DNA of 64,000 nucleotides from a bacterium (GTDB lineage: Bacteria > Patescibacteriota > Microgenomatia > Curtissbacterales > GWA2-41-24): assembly GCA_021813945.1 (NCBI GenBank), contig JAKAJD010000001.1, positions 560,412 to 624,411 of the forward strand, read 5' to 3'. Positions 28,986 to 38,722 of this stretch are shown here, piece after piece (within the stretch, counting starts at the first letter, position 1; every line of letters begins with the position of its first letter). The position numbers and the translations under genes were made by a program. The notes below the pieces were generated by a model that was not told where the DNA came from, did no database searches, and saw only the letters and a list, made by a program, of their open reading frames with translations.

Positions 28986-29946
28986 GTACTTTTGCTAATT
29001 TTGGTGAATCGTTTCGAGGCCAAAAATCGACAAACTTCAAAATAGGCCTGGCCGCAAACGCTAGTCGCATTTTGAAAATCATATAAAAAACAAACATCCA
29101 AGGATCGCTTACAAAAAACTTCCATGCGACTCTTAAATCGAAAATTAGGCTGTCTTTAAAAACGTTTTGGACAATCTCAGGTTTGAAATAATTGTTAACG
29201 ATTTTTTCAGCAGAAACGTTTTTTCTGTACTCACCCACAAAATCCCCGATGCTCGTTGGACATCGGAAAATTCGAACCGCAAAAGGCGCAAAAACCGTGT
29301 CGAAATTATGGACCTTGCACCACAAGTGGGCATAAACATCCTCGGGAACACCTGCCGGCCATTTCAGTTTGGAGTAAACTTGTTTCGAAAATAAACGACC
29401 GCCTCGCCCGCATGTGTACCATTTTCTTTTTGTATAATCGCTAATTTCAAAATAGTGATAAAGCCTCGATTGCATTGACAAAACCTTCTCCATAATGGTT
29501 TTTCCGGCCAAAGGTTTGGCGTTTCCTTGAACCAAACCAATAGATCTGTTGCGCGCATAAGGTTCGACTAAATAATTCAAGTAGTTTTTCCCGTCGGTTA
29601 ACGTATCAGCCTCAAGAATCACGACAGCATCACCTTTTGCCATAGAAAAAATTTTATTCTGACAAAAACTTTGACCTTTTCGGGTCTGGTTATCAACAAG
29701 TTTTACCCGATTGTCCTTATATGTCTTGACGATTTGGCCGGTCCTATCGTTGCTACCGTCACTAACAACGATAATTTCCTGCAAACTGAACCATGTTTGC
29801 TTCTGGTTCAAAGTTTCTCTCAGCAAACTCCTTATATTCGCTTCTTCGTTGTAAGCCGGTATACCAACCGTCAAATTTACTTTTCCTTTCATATTCTTGA
29901 ATTTCCTTTCAAAAAACCACTCATGATAATTTTCTGTTCTTTTCAA
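28972..29946 (-). CDS. Glycosyltransferase family 2
   Basis: GIPAYNEEANI, SDGSNDRT, EAD, PED. The start may be ATG 29892. Confidence 0.88.
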   Translation of the reverse strand: MKRTENYHEWFFERKFKNMKGKVNLTVGIPAYNEEANIRSLLRETLNQKQTWFSLQEIIVVSDGSNDRTGQIVKTYKDNRVKLVDNQTRKGQSFCQNKIFSMAKGDAVVILEADTLTDGKNYLNYLVEPYARNRSIGLVQGNAKPLAGKTIMEKVLSMQSRLYHYFEISDYTKRKWYTCGRGGRLFSKQVYSKLKWPAGVPEDVYAHLWCKVHNFDTVFAPFAVRIFRCPTSIGDFVGEYRKNVSAEKIVNNYFKPEIVQNVFKDSLIFDLRVAWKFFVSDPWMFVFYMIFKMRLAFAARPILKFVDFWPRNDSPKLAKVHEQI

Positions 29947-32900
29947 TTATTTTTTCTAAGGTCTCGGTGCTTTGTTCCCAGCTAAAGTTTTCCGCCCATC
30001 TAACGCTAAACTTCTCGAAATCCCGCCTTAGGCGGTCATCGCGAATAAGCAATGTGATTTTTTGTGCAAGTTCAGATGAATCTCCCCAAGGCACCAGAAA
30101 ACCGTTGTGCGGATTTTTGACTGAATCCCGAAGACCGGGAACGTTAGAAGCTACAACTGGAGTACCACTGGCATTAGCTTCAATCACTGTGATCCCCCAA
30201 CCCTCGACCATTGAAGGTTGTGCAAGAACCCACGATTTGGCTAGCAGATCTGTCTTTGTTTTTTCGGATATCTTCCCTAGAAACTGAACGGCGTCACCAA
30301 GCTTAAGCTCCTCTGCCAGCTCCTCAAGTGAAGACCTGCTTTCACCTTCGCCTGCAATAACAAGCTTTGCTTTCTGCATGTCCGCCTTTATAAGAGCAAA
30401 AGCCTTAATGAGAATATCTATAGATTTATAAGGTTTCAGTCTTCCAAGGTATAGAACCACTGGACTTTTAGCTTTGGGCATGGGTTTAAATTTGGTTAAA
30501 TCAACACCCGGATGAATAATATCGATTGGAATTTTCCTTCCCAAACCAATCTTTTCCATATCCAGCTTTGATGATTTGGAGACGGTAACCAGCTTCACAT
30601 TCTGATAAATGAATGGCATAAGAACCCCTTCTAGAAATTTTCCGAACTGCGCAAAAGGAAATCTCAACTTTGTGCGGAAAACGTCTTGATGAATATGATG
30701 GACCAGTCCGACAATCGGTTTGCCAACATAAAGGGGAGTAAAAAACGGAATTCCGTTTTCGCTGTCAATGACTAAATCAAAGTGCTTTCTAAGCTTTAAT
30801 AAATAGTAAAGAGGCGCCAGAAGGTAGATTGTGTAAAAACCGCCGCGCCTTATGATCTCCACCCCGTCTATACATTCATAAGTTGGATTTTTTCTGTCAT
30901 TCCCACAAAAAACAGTCACCTGATTGCCATTTTTGATAAGACCTTTGGCTATCTCGTGTATGTAAACCTCCGCTCCTCCCGCCCAAACATGACGAGTGTC
31001 CCTCCAGTTGAAAATAAGAATTCGCTTTTCTGCTTGCCACGCAGGTCTTTTCGGTAAATCAAACTTGAATAAATCAATGATGTCCTTAAAATTTGAACCC
31101 AAAGTTGCCAAATCATCTCTAAAGAAATGCAAAATCATAACCGCAACGAGATTGGCAATACCGGCGACTAGCATTACGTCAACAATCTGTGGAACGGAAT
31201 TATGAAAGATGAAAATCCCGCCAATTTGGCCTAAAGCCAAAACAAAACTAACTATCGGGAAAATATGTTGGTGTTTAACCTGGTAATAATTGACAATTCT
31301 GGCAGCTATCGTAAAAGCCAAAATTCCAAAGCCGTAATAAGGAATCAAGTGTTCGACAGGGTGAATCTTTTGTCCTATCAAAAGCTCGGCAACCTCAAAG
31401 CCTAAAAAGGAAACTCCTAAATAAACCATGGTGCTGGAAATAGCTGATGCCAAAAACAACTTGTAAAATGCCTTTCTGCTGTCTCTTTTTGCGCCTTCCT
31501 CACGGCTAATTATCGGTGTAATAAATTGACCGAAAAGTCCACCCATGAAAAAGATCATTTTGCCAAAAAGCGCGAGAACCGCGTATTCACCCGCCTCTTT
31601 GGGTGAAAGAAATACTTTTGCCAAAATCACATCAAAGCTTAAAAATGCCAGGATCGAAAATTCCGAAAAAGCCGAGGTCATAAAGAAATGGACAGGAAAT
31701 TTAATTGCTTTTTTTACATTAACAACTACCTCCTTCTCAGAAACTGCATTAACTGAAAGCCAAGCCAAAAGCGCGGCTATGCCAATAGACGCCGGAATTG
31801 CTGCATAAACGTATTGCGGAAGTCCTAAGCTCACTAAAATCCAGCTGATTACAAATTTGGAAATAGCACCCACAACCATCAACCCGGCATATATGACAAA
31901 TTTCATATTTCCGTACAAAAAGCCAACATCAATTGCTGAAATTAAGCCCAAATACCAAACCGGAGCAAAAAGCACAAAAGGTAAGATTGAATCCGATTTA
32001 AAAATAGGAGCAATAAAAGGACTCGCCCCAAGCCATAAACCTGTAAAAACAAGTCCAAAAACAATCGCTCTTTTTCTAACCTGTCGCCAAAATAATTTAA
32101 CCGGACTTCCGTATTCTCCTAAAAAATAGGCACTTCTATGGGTGACTGTTCGGGAAAGGCTGTTAAATGGGATAGTGACTATAAACAAAAAGCTTCCCAC
32201 AAGGCTAACCAAACCAAATTGCTCAATAGAAATCGTCCTTCCTAAATAGGCGTTATAAGCAAAATTGAAGAAGTTTCCGACAACTGAAGCCAAAATCAAA
32301 ATACCTCCTGCAGCCTTGCCAGATTTAGCCAGTAGGCGCAGTTTGGCTACGTCAAAAAGTCCTGTATACGCTGCCTTGGGAGCCGGAATCGGCTCGGTTT
32401 CGTCCTCAACAAATTCTTTCTCAAGATTTCTGTTTTCCAAATTAAGCCCGTGGACGGTCTTTTCCCAAAAGTGCGGTTTAAAAATAAGCTGGTATAGCGC
32501 CTTTACACCGGCAACTGAAACCAAAAGCCAGTAAAATGGCACCAGAAAGACATATCTCATTAGTCCCCATTGCTCCCTTTTGGCACAGCCAATCATGTAG
32601 TAGTAGACAAAAAGGAAGTTGCCAAAAACCAAAGAAGAAACAGCCATGTAGAAAATAAATGATGGAAAAAGAGCTTCAATTGTTGTTCCAACCGCGGCGT
32701 TAAGCACAAAGTAAGCAATTGTCAAAAGCCACAAAATCGGATTGATAAAAATGAAGGCAATCTTTCCGCCCACTATCAGCTGGAAAATAAACGCGTGGAT
32801 GCCGTTTTCGCGCACGAACTCCACCGGGTTTCGCGTATGAACCAGATAAGTCTGCATATAACCTTTAATCCAACGCGACCTCTGGCGGATCCAATTTCCG

Positions 32901-34570
32901 ATTTGGCTATTAGCTTCTTCTAAAGTTGTTGAGTCGATAATTGCCGTCTTGTAGCCGATCTTAAAAAGCCGAACTCCCAAATCGGCATCCTCGGTTACGT
33001 TGAAAGGGTCCCATCCTTCAAAACGCCTAAGGTCCTCTGTTCTAAAATGATTGCTGGTTCCCCCAAGAGGAATTGCAGTATTGATCGATTGCATTCCGGT
33101 TAACGTGAGGTCAAACCAAAGCGAATATTCTGCTGTAAAAAGCCTGGTTAAAAAGTTCTGATCCGGGTTAAAGTAGTTGAGCTTCGCCTGCAAACACACG
33201 ACCTCCCGGGGCAACTTCAAAAAGCCCAAATAAGCCTTTTTAAGCTGCTGCGGGTCGGGTATATCCTCGGCATCGTAAATAACCACGTATTCCCCTTTTG
33301 CAAGCGTTAAACCGTAGTTGCAAGCCTTAGGTTTCGTTTTGGGCAAGGAATGAGGAACAATAACTTTTTTGATATATTTCGGAAGCTTACTGTTATCCAG
33401 CGCTTTTATTGTCTCTTTGTCGTCTGCTTCCAAAAGCAGCAAGACATCCAGCTTTTCCTTTGGCCAGTCAATAGCCTCCAAAGCATCCAGAAAGTTAGGT
33501 AAAATGGCAGCTTCCCGATAAAGAGGGCACAAAACCGAATAAACGGGCAGCTCTTCATCGTCGAGTTTAGCAATTTGCGATGGTGTAAAAGTTATATCCG
33601 GCGGAGACTGAAGACTTCTTAAAACCAAAAAAAGATTGAAAACTACGTCAAAAAAATAGATCGTTGAAAGAACTGCAATGAATACTGCAACCGCTTGCAG
33701 CGGCCCTAAAAAAAATCCCAGCGCTGCTGCCCCAAAAATCGAAGCGAAAATGACTTTCTGCAAAAAAGTAAAGTTGATAACCGCCGATTTTCTGTGGCTC
33801 AAAGTTGTGTGGGTTATGAATTTTCGCCCTAAAAAACCGACTCCCGCGCCGCGCATCACTTCCCCTTCTTCGGGCCTAATATGAACAGGTGCTTGCCGTA
33901 GGGTTTTTAAAGCCAGCGCATTGGTTGCCAAATCCCAACCGTTTCTCAAAAAGCTTATTTTTGAATCCCCACCTTGGCGTTTTTCAAACGCAACATCCAC
34001 TTCACCAACTGAAAAACCGGCATTTTTAGCTCTCACCAAAAATTCCAAATCGAAAGACCAGGGTGATTTTGGACTAAACTTTACTGTTTCAAAAACTTGG
34101 CGCTTAAAAGCTTTAAGGCCGGACTGAACGTCACAGCCAATGCCGTGAAGCAGTCTGCCAAAGGCAAACTTAAAGATCTTGGAAAAAGTTTTTCGAAATA
34201 TTGGCGCTTTATATTCGCTTCTGTTGGCAACGACAATGTCAACTTCCGAAAGGCCTGAAACAAGATCGGCGATTGCTTCGGGCGGATACTGCAAATCCGC
34301 ATCTATCATCACCAAAATATTGCCGGAAGCTTTAGAAAAACCTTCAACGAGTGAGTAAGACTTACCTTTCTCGCCCTCTTTTCTAAAGACTCTGAGCGGG
34401 AATTTTTTCCGAAGTTTTAAAAGAAGTTCCCACGTGCCGTCGGTTGAAAAATCGTCAACAACTACAATCTCATGTGCTTTTGGGAACGCGAAAAGTGCCT
34501 TCTCGATACGCTCGAGCAGGCTTTCAACATTACTAACCTCGTTAAATGTCGGTACTACGACACTAACCAT
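29921..34570 (-). CDS. Fusion: DPM1-like GT2 + processive GT2 + polysaccharide flippase + GT4
   Basis: PTFNE/DDFSTDGT/DADLQYPP; PLYRE, TKPKACN, YDAED, TEDAD, QRSRW; a long multi-TM Wzx/MATE-like block; NWRD..H..AGGAE, YLGRL, EGWGITVIEANASG. Confidence 0.88.
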   Translation of the reverse strand: MVSVVVPTFNEVSNVESLLERIEKALFAFPKAHEIVVVDDFSTDGTWELLLKLRKKFPLRVFRKEGEKGKSYSLVEGFSKASGNILVMIDADLQYPPEAIADLVSGLSEVDIVVANRSEYKAPIFRKTFSKIFKFAFGRLLHGIGCDVQSGLKAFKRQVFETVKFSPKSPWSFDLEFLVRAKNAGFSVGEVDVAFEKRQGGDSKISFLRNGWDLATNALALKTLRQAPVHIRPEEGEVMRGAGVGFLGRKFITHTTLSHRKSAVINFTFLQKVIFASIFGAAALGFFLGPLQAVAVFIAVLSTIYFFDVVFNLFLVLRSLQSPPDITFTPSQIAKLDDEELPVYSVLCPLYREAAILPNFLDALEAIDWPKEKLDVLLLLEADDKETIKALDNSKLPKYIKKVIVPHSLPKTKPKACNYGLTLAKGEYVVIYDAEDIPDPQQLKKAYLGFLKLPREVVCLQAKLNYFNPDQNFLTRLFTAEYSLWFDLTLTGMQSINTAIPLGGTSNHFRTEDLRRFEGWDPFNVTEDADLGVRLFKIGYKTAIIDSTTLEEANSQIGNWIRQRSRWIKGYMQTYLVHTRNPVEFVRENGIHAFIFQLIVGGKIAFIFINPILWLLTIAYFVLNAAVGTTIEALFPSFIFYMAVSSLVFGNFLFVYYYMIGCAKREQWGLMRYVFLVPFYWLLVSVAGVKALYQLIFKPHFWEKTVHGLNLENRNLEKEFVEDETEPIPAPKAAYTGLFDVAKLRLLAKSGKAAGGILILASVVGNFFNFAYNAYLGRTISIEQFGLVSLVGSFLFIVTIPFNSLSRTVTHRSAYFLGEYGSPVKLFWRQVRKRAIVFGLVFTGLWLGASPFIAPIFKSDSILPFVLFAPVWYLGLISAIDVGFLYGNMKFVIYAGLMVVGAISKFVISWILVSLGLPQYVYAAIPASIGIAALLAWLSVNAVSEKEVVVNVKKAIKFPVHFFMTSAFSEFSILAFLSFDVILAKVFLSPKEAGEYAVLALFGKMIFFMGGLFGQFITPIISREEGAKRDSRKAFYKLFLASAISSTMVYLGVSFLGFEVAELLIGQKIHPVEHLIPYYGFGILAFTIAARIVNYYQVKHQHIFPIVSFVLALGQIGGIFIFHNSVPQIVDVMLVAGIANLVAVMILHFFRDDLATLGSNFKDIIDLFKFDLPKRPAWQAEKRILIFNWRDTRHVWAGGAEVYIHEIAKGLIKNGNQVTVFCGNDRKNPTYECIDGVEIIRRGGFYTIYLLAPLYYLLKLRKHFDLVIDSENGIPFFTPLYVGKPIVGLVHHIHQDVFRTKLRFPFAQFGKFLEGVLMPFIYQNVKLVTVSKSSKLDMEKIGLGRKIPIDIIHPGVDLTKFKPMPKAKSPVVLYLGRLKPYKSIDILIKAFALIKADMQKAKLVIAGEGESRSSLEELAEELKLGDAVQFLGKISEKTKTDLLAKSWVLAQPSMVEGWGITVIEANASGTPVVASNVPGLRDSVKNPHNGFLVPWGDSSELAQKITLLIRDDRLRRDFEKFSVRWAENFSWEQSTETLEKIIEKNRKLS

Positions 34571-34722
34571 TTGAACCTTTTTGGGCAGATTTAATTAAGC
34601 AGAAGTTTTAGGCAGTTCGATCAGAAATCGAAGGGTCATAATAACATATAGTAGTTGGAAAGACAATACTTAACCTTTTAAAGCTGAGGCTTATAGTTTT
34701 GAAGCTGAAAGGCGCAAAATCC

Positions 34723-36924
34723 CTAGAATAAGAAGTGTCTCAAGGCCATGGCGCTGGCGGCAAATCGGGAAAACAGCCTAGACACCAAAACCGAAGGCTT
34801 AGGAAAGGTGTATCCCCGAAGTCGCGTAACGTAGGCAACCACAACCCTCCAAGGTCTTGCAATTAACCTTTGGGCAATATAGAGAATCCCCAAGTAACCA
34901 AGAATCATAAATGCCGTCTCCAGCCAGTTTCTAGCGGATGCAATGTTAGACGCGCCCTCTAGTCCTTGCCCCGAACTGCTGCCCCCACTTGTCGAAGCCG
35001 CCAAAACGTCCGGCACAATGCCGCCTGTTGGAAATACCGAAACATACGATAGTCCTACCTGGAAACTTGTTTGTGAAGAAGAAGAAATTATGTCGTCACT
35101 TGGCCCGACCTTGCCCTGGGCATCGACTTCGGCAGAGTATGTACCCGCCGGTGCTTTTTCAGAAAGCACCAGGCCAAAGGAAATATTAGCTACATGTCCG
35201 GAATCCAGCTTGCCAACACCAAAACTTTGCTCGGAAGCCAAACTACCGTCCGGCGCCCACAGCTTGAAAGTTATATTGGTGTCGTAAACCGGTCCGGTCC
35301 CGCTGTTTTTGGCTGCAGCAAAGAAAGTTACCGTATCGCCTGGATTTACATAGCCTCCAACGTTAGTCGAAATTTTGGTCGAAAGCGCACCTCCGGGACC
35401 ATGCACATCCGGCTGACTCTGACTTTGACTCTGACTCTGACTTTCAGTAGCCGCAAACTGGCTAGCCCCGCCAATATCTCCATTTAAAGTCCCAAAAATG
35501 TTAATAATTCCAAAAAATCCCTTTACGTTTACAAAATTGGCATTGACAAAATTGATAATATTCACAACAGAAAAGGCCGAACCTGTTCTAATCGACCCGT
35601 TACCAATACTATTGCCACCTGTGTTAGCAGAAGAAACCACCCGGTTTGTTAAACTTACCGAGTTACTCTGCGTCAAATCACCGCAACCACAACTACCGCC
35701 TACCCCTCCTTGGCCTAAAGGCCCGAAATCAAAACTCATCAAGCCGTAAACTGGATCCGCCGCCCCAGCACTTCCCCAACCCAAAAACTTACCATTCCAA
35801 GTTCCTAAATTATTAATAAGAAGCTGGGCAAAACTGCCTCCAAAGATATTTAAATTGGCAAAATTGGAAACATTAACAGCCGTCGTTGCATTACCGGTCG
35901 ATGTATTTCCTCCGCCACTGGTATTTGATCCGCTATTTGATGTAGCTTCCACATTATTTTGGATGTTGGCACTATTTTGCTGGCTTACGCTCCCGCCTCC
36001 GCTTTGACTCTGACTTTGACTTTGACCTGACCCGCCTGTCCCTAAATTGTCCGGCAAAACAATATTGCCGGAAACATTCCCAAAAAGATTCAATACGACA
36101 AACTTAATGCTGGACCCGAAAAAGTTTGTATTAATAAAGTTCAAAAGGTTAACCGAAGAATAAGCATTTCCGGTCTGAACATTACCTGTACCCAAAACGC
36201 TGTTTTGTCCGCTATTGGCAGCAGCATATATAAGGTTAACAACTAGCGCATTGTTGCTTTGGTTTCCAACAACTACCATTGCCGAGGGAAGCAGCTGACC
36301 ATCGGCAAGCTGCGTCAAGTCAATATTGCCGTTTTCGTCGGCATAAACATTCTTGATGCTATAAGCATATGCAGAGTCGGCAATATTGCTGTTTGCCGAA
36401 TTGACTACAGTCACATCGGTTGTGGCGCCACCGGTGTTAATATTGCCGCCGACAGAGCCAGTATTATTAGTGGAAGGACTTGCTGACCCGCTTGCTTCGA
36501 CTGTAGCAGACTGTGTCGCTTGGTTACTTTCTATATCAGAAGGTGTACCTACTGTATTATTTCCGGTATTGGAAGTAGAAGAAACATTATTGCCAACTGT
36601 CGCGTTGTTCTGCTGGTTAACATCGCCGCCCGGGCAGCTTGAAGGACAAGGCGACGGTGATGGGCTTGGGTCAGGGCTTGGTGTCGGGCTTGAATCAACC
36701 GAAGTCGTTTGAGTCGTTGGTATGGGTGTTGGGGTTGGTGACGCTGATATCGAAGTATCAGATGCGGGTGTTGGACTCGGTGAATCCGAAGGGCTGGGCG
36801 TTGGAGTCGGTGTTGGATCAGTAGTAGTTGTACCAGTCGTCTGATCTGCCCACACCAACCTTCCGGGCAAAAACCCGATCGACAAAAATATTATTAGTGT
36901 AATCGCTGTAATTCTTTTAATCAT
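34723..36924 (-). CDS. Secreted Ser/Asn/Gly-rich repeat protein with C-terminal TM
   Basis: Signal peptide, PTPS linker, repeated (A/S)N(S/T)GxN...I.TGxA motifs, an Ig-like domain and a C-terminal TM. Confidence 0.75.
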   Translation of the reverse strand: MIKRITAITLIIFLSIGFLPGRLVWADQTTGTTTTDPTPTPTPSPSDSPSPTPASDTSISASPTPTPIPTTQTTSVDSSPTPSPDPSPSPSPCPSSCPGGDVNQQNNATVGNNVSSTSNTGNNTVGTPSDIESNQATQSATVEASGSASPSTNNTGSVGGNINTGGATTDVTVVNSANSNIADSAYAYSIKNVYADENGNIDLTQLADGQLLPSAMVVVGNQSNNALVVNLIYAAANSGQNSVLGTGNVQTGNAYSSVNLLNFINTNFFGSSIKFVVLNLFGNVSGNIVLPDNLGTGGSGQSQSQSQSGGGSVSQQNSANIQNNVEATSNSGSNTSGGGNTSTGNATTAVNVSNFANLNIFGGSFAQLLINNLGTWNGKFLGWGSAGAADPVYGLMSFDFGPLGQGGVGGSCGCGDLTQSNSVSLTNRVVSSANTGGNSIGNGSIRTGSAFSVVNIINFVNANFVNVKGFFGIINIFGTLNGDIGGASQFAATESQSQSQSQSQPDVHGPGGALSTKISTNVGGYVNPGDTVTFFAAAKNSGTGPVYDTNITFKLWAPDGSLASEQSFGVGKLDSGHVANISFGLVLSEKAPAGTYSAEVDAQGKVGPSDDIISSSSQTSFQVGLSYVSVFPTGGIVPDVLAASTSGGSSSGQGLEGASNIASARNWLETAFMILGYLGILYIAQRLIARPWRVVVAYVTRLRGYTFPKPSVLVSRLFSRFAASAMALRHFLF

Positions 36925-36958
36925 TTTTTCTTGTGCATAGTTCTCTGTTCTCTAAGTT

Positions 36959-37006
36959 AAGGGCAGGCCTTAAGCTTTGTGTCCCCTGTGCAAAAGGCCT
37001 GCCCTT
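36959..37006. repeat. REP-like palindromic element
   Basis: aagggcaggcctt...aaggcctgccctt. Confidence 0.88.
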
Positions 37007-37111
37007 TGCCTGGGAAAACTCCACCCTGGAGAGGGAAGCCTAACTCAAACTTTTGGCAACCGAATGTACTGCCAAAGGTTTTCCTCCCCTCTCCTAAGAT
37101 GAAGGGAAACG

Positions 37112-37576
37112 TTACTCGTCGTTGTGGTCTCCACCACCAAATCCGACGTTAACGTTTTTGTTGACGACGTTGCTCACAACAACGCCTGTTCCGGCATCAC
37201 CAGTAGAAGTTGATCCTTCCACCTCGCCGCGTACATTGTTGTTACCGGTGTTTGAACCAGCTACAACTGAATTTCCAATGAGGGCTACGTTTTTCTGGGA
37301 ATTTTTGCATCCACATGAAGAAACGTTCACATTCTTGTTGGCGATGTTTGATACCCCCACAACTGTTGTGGCATCGCCAGTCTTGGTTGAACCACCATGT
37401 TCTATTTCGCCTTTAACATTGTTGTTACCGGTGTTTGAACCAGCTACAATTGAATTTCTAATGCCGGCGAAATTGAACTGCCCGCCACCAAAATGGCCTG
37501 CAAAAGCTGGTACTGCTGTTGCCGCAAAAAGTGCCGCAGCTGCACCGATAGTTACTAATTTTTTGGTTGAAATCAT
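37112..37576 (-). CDS. Small secreted SNTGNN/TGDA repeat protein
   Basis: AGGAGGTG Shine-Dalgarno before ATG 37576; signal peptide ending PAFA|G; two internal repeats (VAGSNTGNNNV.GE...TGDA). Confidence 0.8.
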   Translation of the reverse strand: MISTKKLVTIGAAAALFAATAVPAFAGHFGGGQFNFAGIRNSIVAGSNTGNNNVKGEIEHGGSTKTGDATTVVGVSNIANKNVNVSSCGCKNSQKNVALIGNSVVAGSNTGNNNVRGEVEGSTSTGDAGTGVVVSNVVNKNVNVGFGGGDHNDE

Positions 37577-37625
37577 TATTATTTTCACCTCCTTCCCTAA
37601 AAAGGATATTTCCGCTAGGTTGTCC

Positions 37626-37686
37626 AAAAAAACAAAAAGCGGAGGCTCATTGCCTAGCAAATTGCTAGGAAACAAACCTCCGTTTG
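37626..37686 (-). terminator. Terminator-like hairpin in 5' leader of 37576 gene
   Basis: AACGGAGG...CCTAGCAA-T-TTGCTAGG...CCTCCGC followed by TTTTTGTTTTTTT on the minus strand. Confidence 0.55.
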
Positions 37687-37852
37687 CGGCCGGTTTACCC
37701 TCCAAAACTTTAGTGAAGAAGGGTTAAATATTAAAATTTTGGACAGAAAAGCGAAAGTTTCGGGGCAGAAAACTGAAACTATAAACACACTACCACCGAA
37801 AATTTACCCTGTCAAGTGCCCTCATTCAGCCTCAAAAACGATCAATTTGAAA

Positions 37853-38437
37853 TCAAAATATCTTTTTGAAAAGACCAAAAATTACCCGCCAAACTGCCGA
37901 AAAAACATTGACTTTGTGGGCTTTGGTCCCGGGTTCAGGACTCAAACCTGGCGAAGGTAAAGCTGAAGGTGAACCGGAAACCTTATCAAAACCCGAACTC
38001 CCGGCACCAACCAAGTTTTCAACTTTCACATTGCTACTTGAGTTTCCTCCGCCAACCGTAATTGTTTTAACCAGGCTTAAATTTGACCCGGAAGACTCTA
38101 TATCGGCTTCCAAAGAATATGTCCCCTCAGCCTTTGGGGCCGCAAAATCAACTGTAAACACGTCTCCGGATCGCCTCATTTGGTAGGTCGAAAGCACATT
38201 GTATTCACTGTCGTGAACATTGAGGTTGTGCTTGCCAGATCCATCATTACCGGTTGTAATGCGCACATAAACAGTCTGGCCTTGGCCAAAATTTTGGGTC
38301 TTTTGAGAAAAACCGGGATCAGTTGCTATCTCCATCGGCACGTTGGCACCTGCCGAATCTACAATTTTCGAAACATCAACATTTGGGCTTAAATTGGAAA
38401 AATTTAAGGAGGAAAAGAGCAAAATCGCGCCAATCAT
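37853..38437 (-). CDS. Hypothetical exported protein (Ig-like)
   Basis: 194-aa ORF with a hydrophobic N-terminus and FGQGQTVYVRI...GTYSLEA. Confidence 0.6.
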   Translation of the reverse strand: MIGAILLFSSLNFSNLSPNVDVSKIVDSAGANVPMEIATDPGFSQKTQNFGQGQTVYVRITTGNDGSGKHNLNVHDSEYNVLSTYQMRRSGDVFTVDFAAPKAEGTYSLEADIESSGSNLSLVKTITVGGGNSSSNVKVENLVGAGSSGFDKVSGSPSALPSPGLSPEPGTKAHKVNVFSAVWRVIFGLFKKIF

Positions 38438-38438
38438 A

Positions 38439-38663
38439 CTAAGCAGAATCCGAAAGCGCTTTGTTTGTCGTTATTGGTACTTCCCGGCTCTTCCTGCTAT
38501 CTGCAAGTTTATTGATCACCCTTTCTGTTATTTGGGTAACCGTATAGTTGGAAATATAAATCTCCACAGAACCGTAGGCTTTATTCCTTATTGCCTCAAT
38601 AATCTGCGAGACAAGCTGGGGTGAAATATGCTGCGTCGAAAACGCGTCGTCCTTTTGGCTCAT
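38439..38663 (-). CDS. Small DUF2292-like protein
   Basis: I.EAIR...YGSVEIYI....VTQITER resembles DUF2292/YezD. Start placed at ATG 38663. Confidence 0.55.
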   Translation of the reverse strand: MSQKDDAFSTQHISPQLVSQIIEAIRNKAYGSVEIYISNYTVTQITERVINKLADSRKSREVPITTNKALSDSA

Positions 38664-38722
38664 TTTCTTCTGGGCAGTGCAGGCCAAAAAAGGGGGCAGT
38701 CAGTTCGACAACCCATTATAAC

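Noticed and set aside
37122-37727. 201-aa plus-strand ORF
   Set aside because: Antisense shadow of the SD-led minus-strand repeat protein.
37626-37740. c-di-GMP-I riboswitch
   Set aside because: GGTAAAC and CGCAAA fragments are present, but the GNRA tetraloop/receptor two-stem layout cannot be built.
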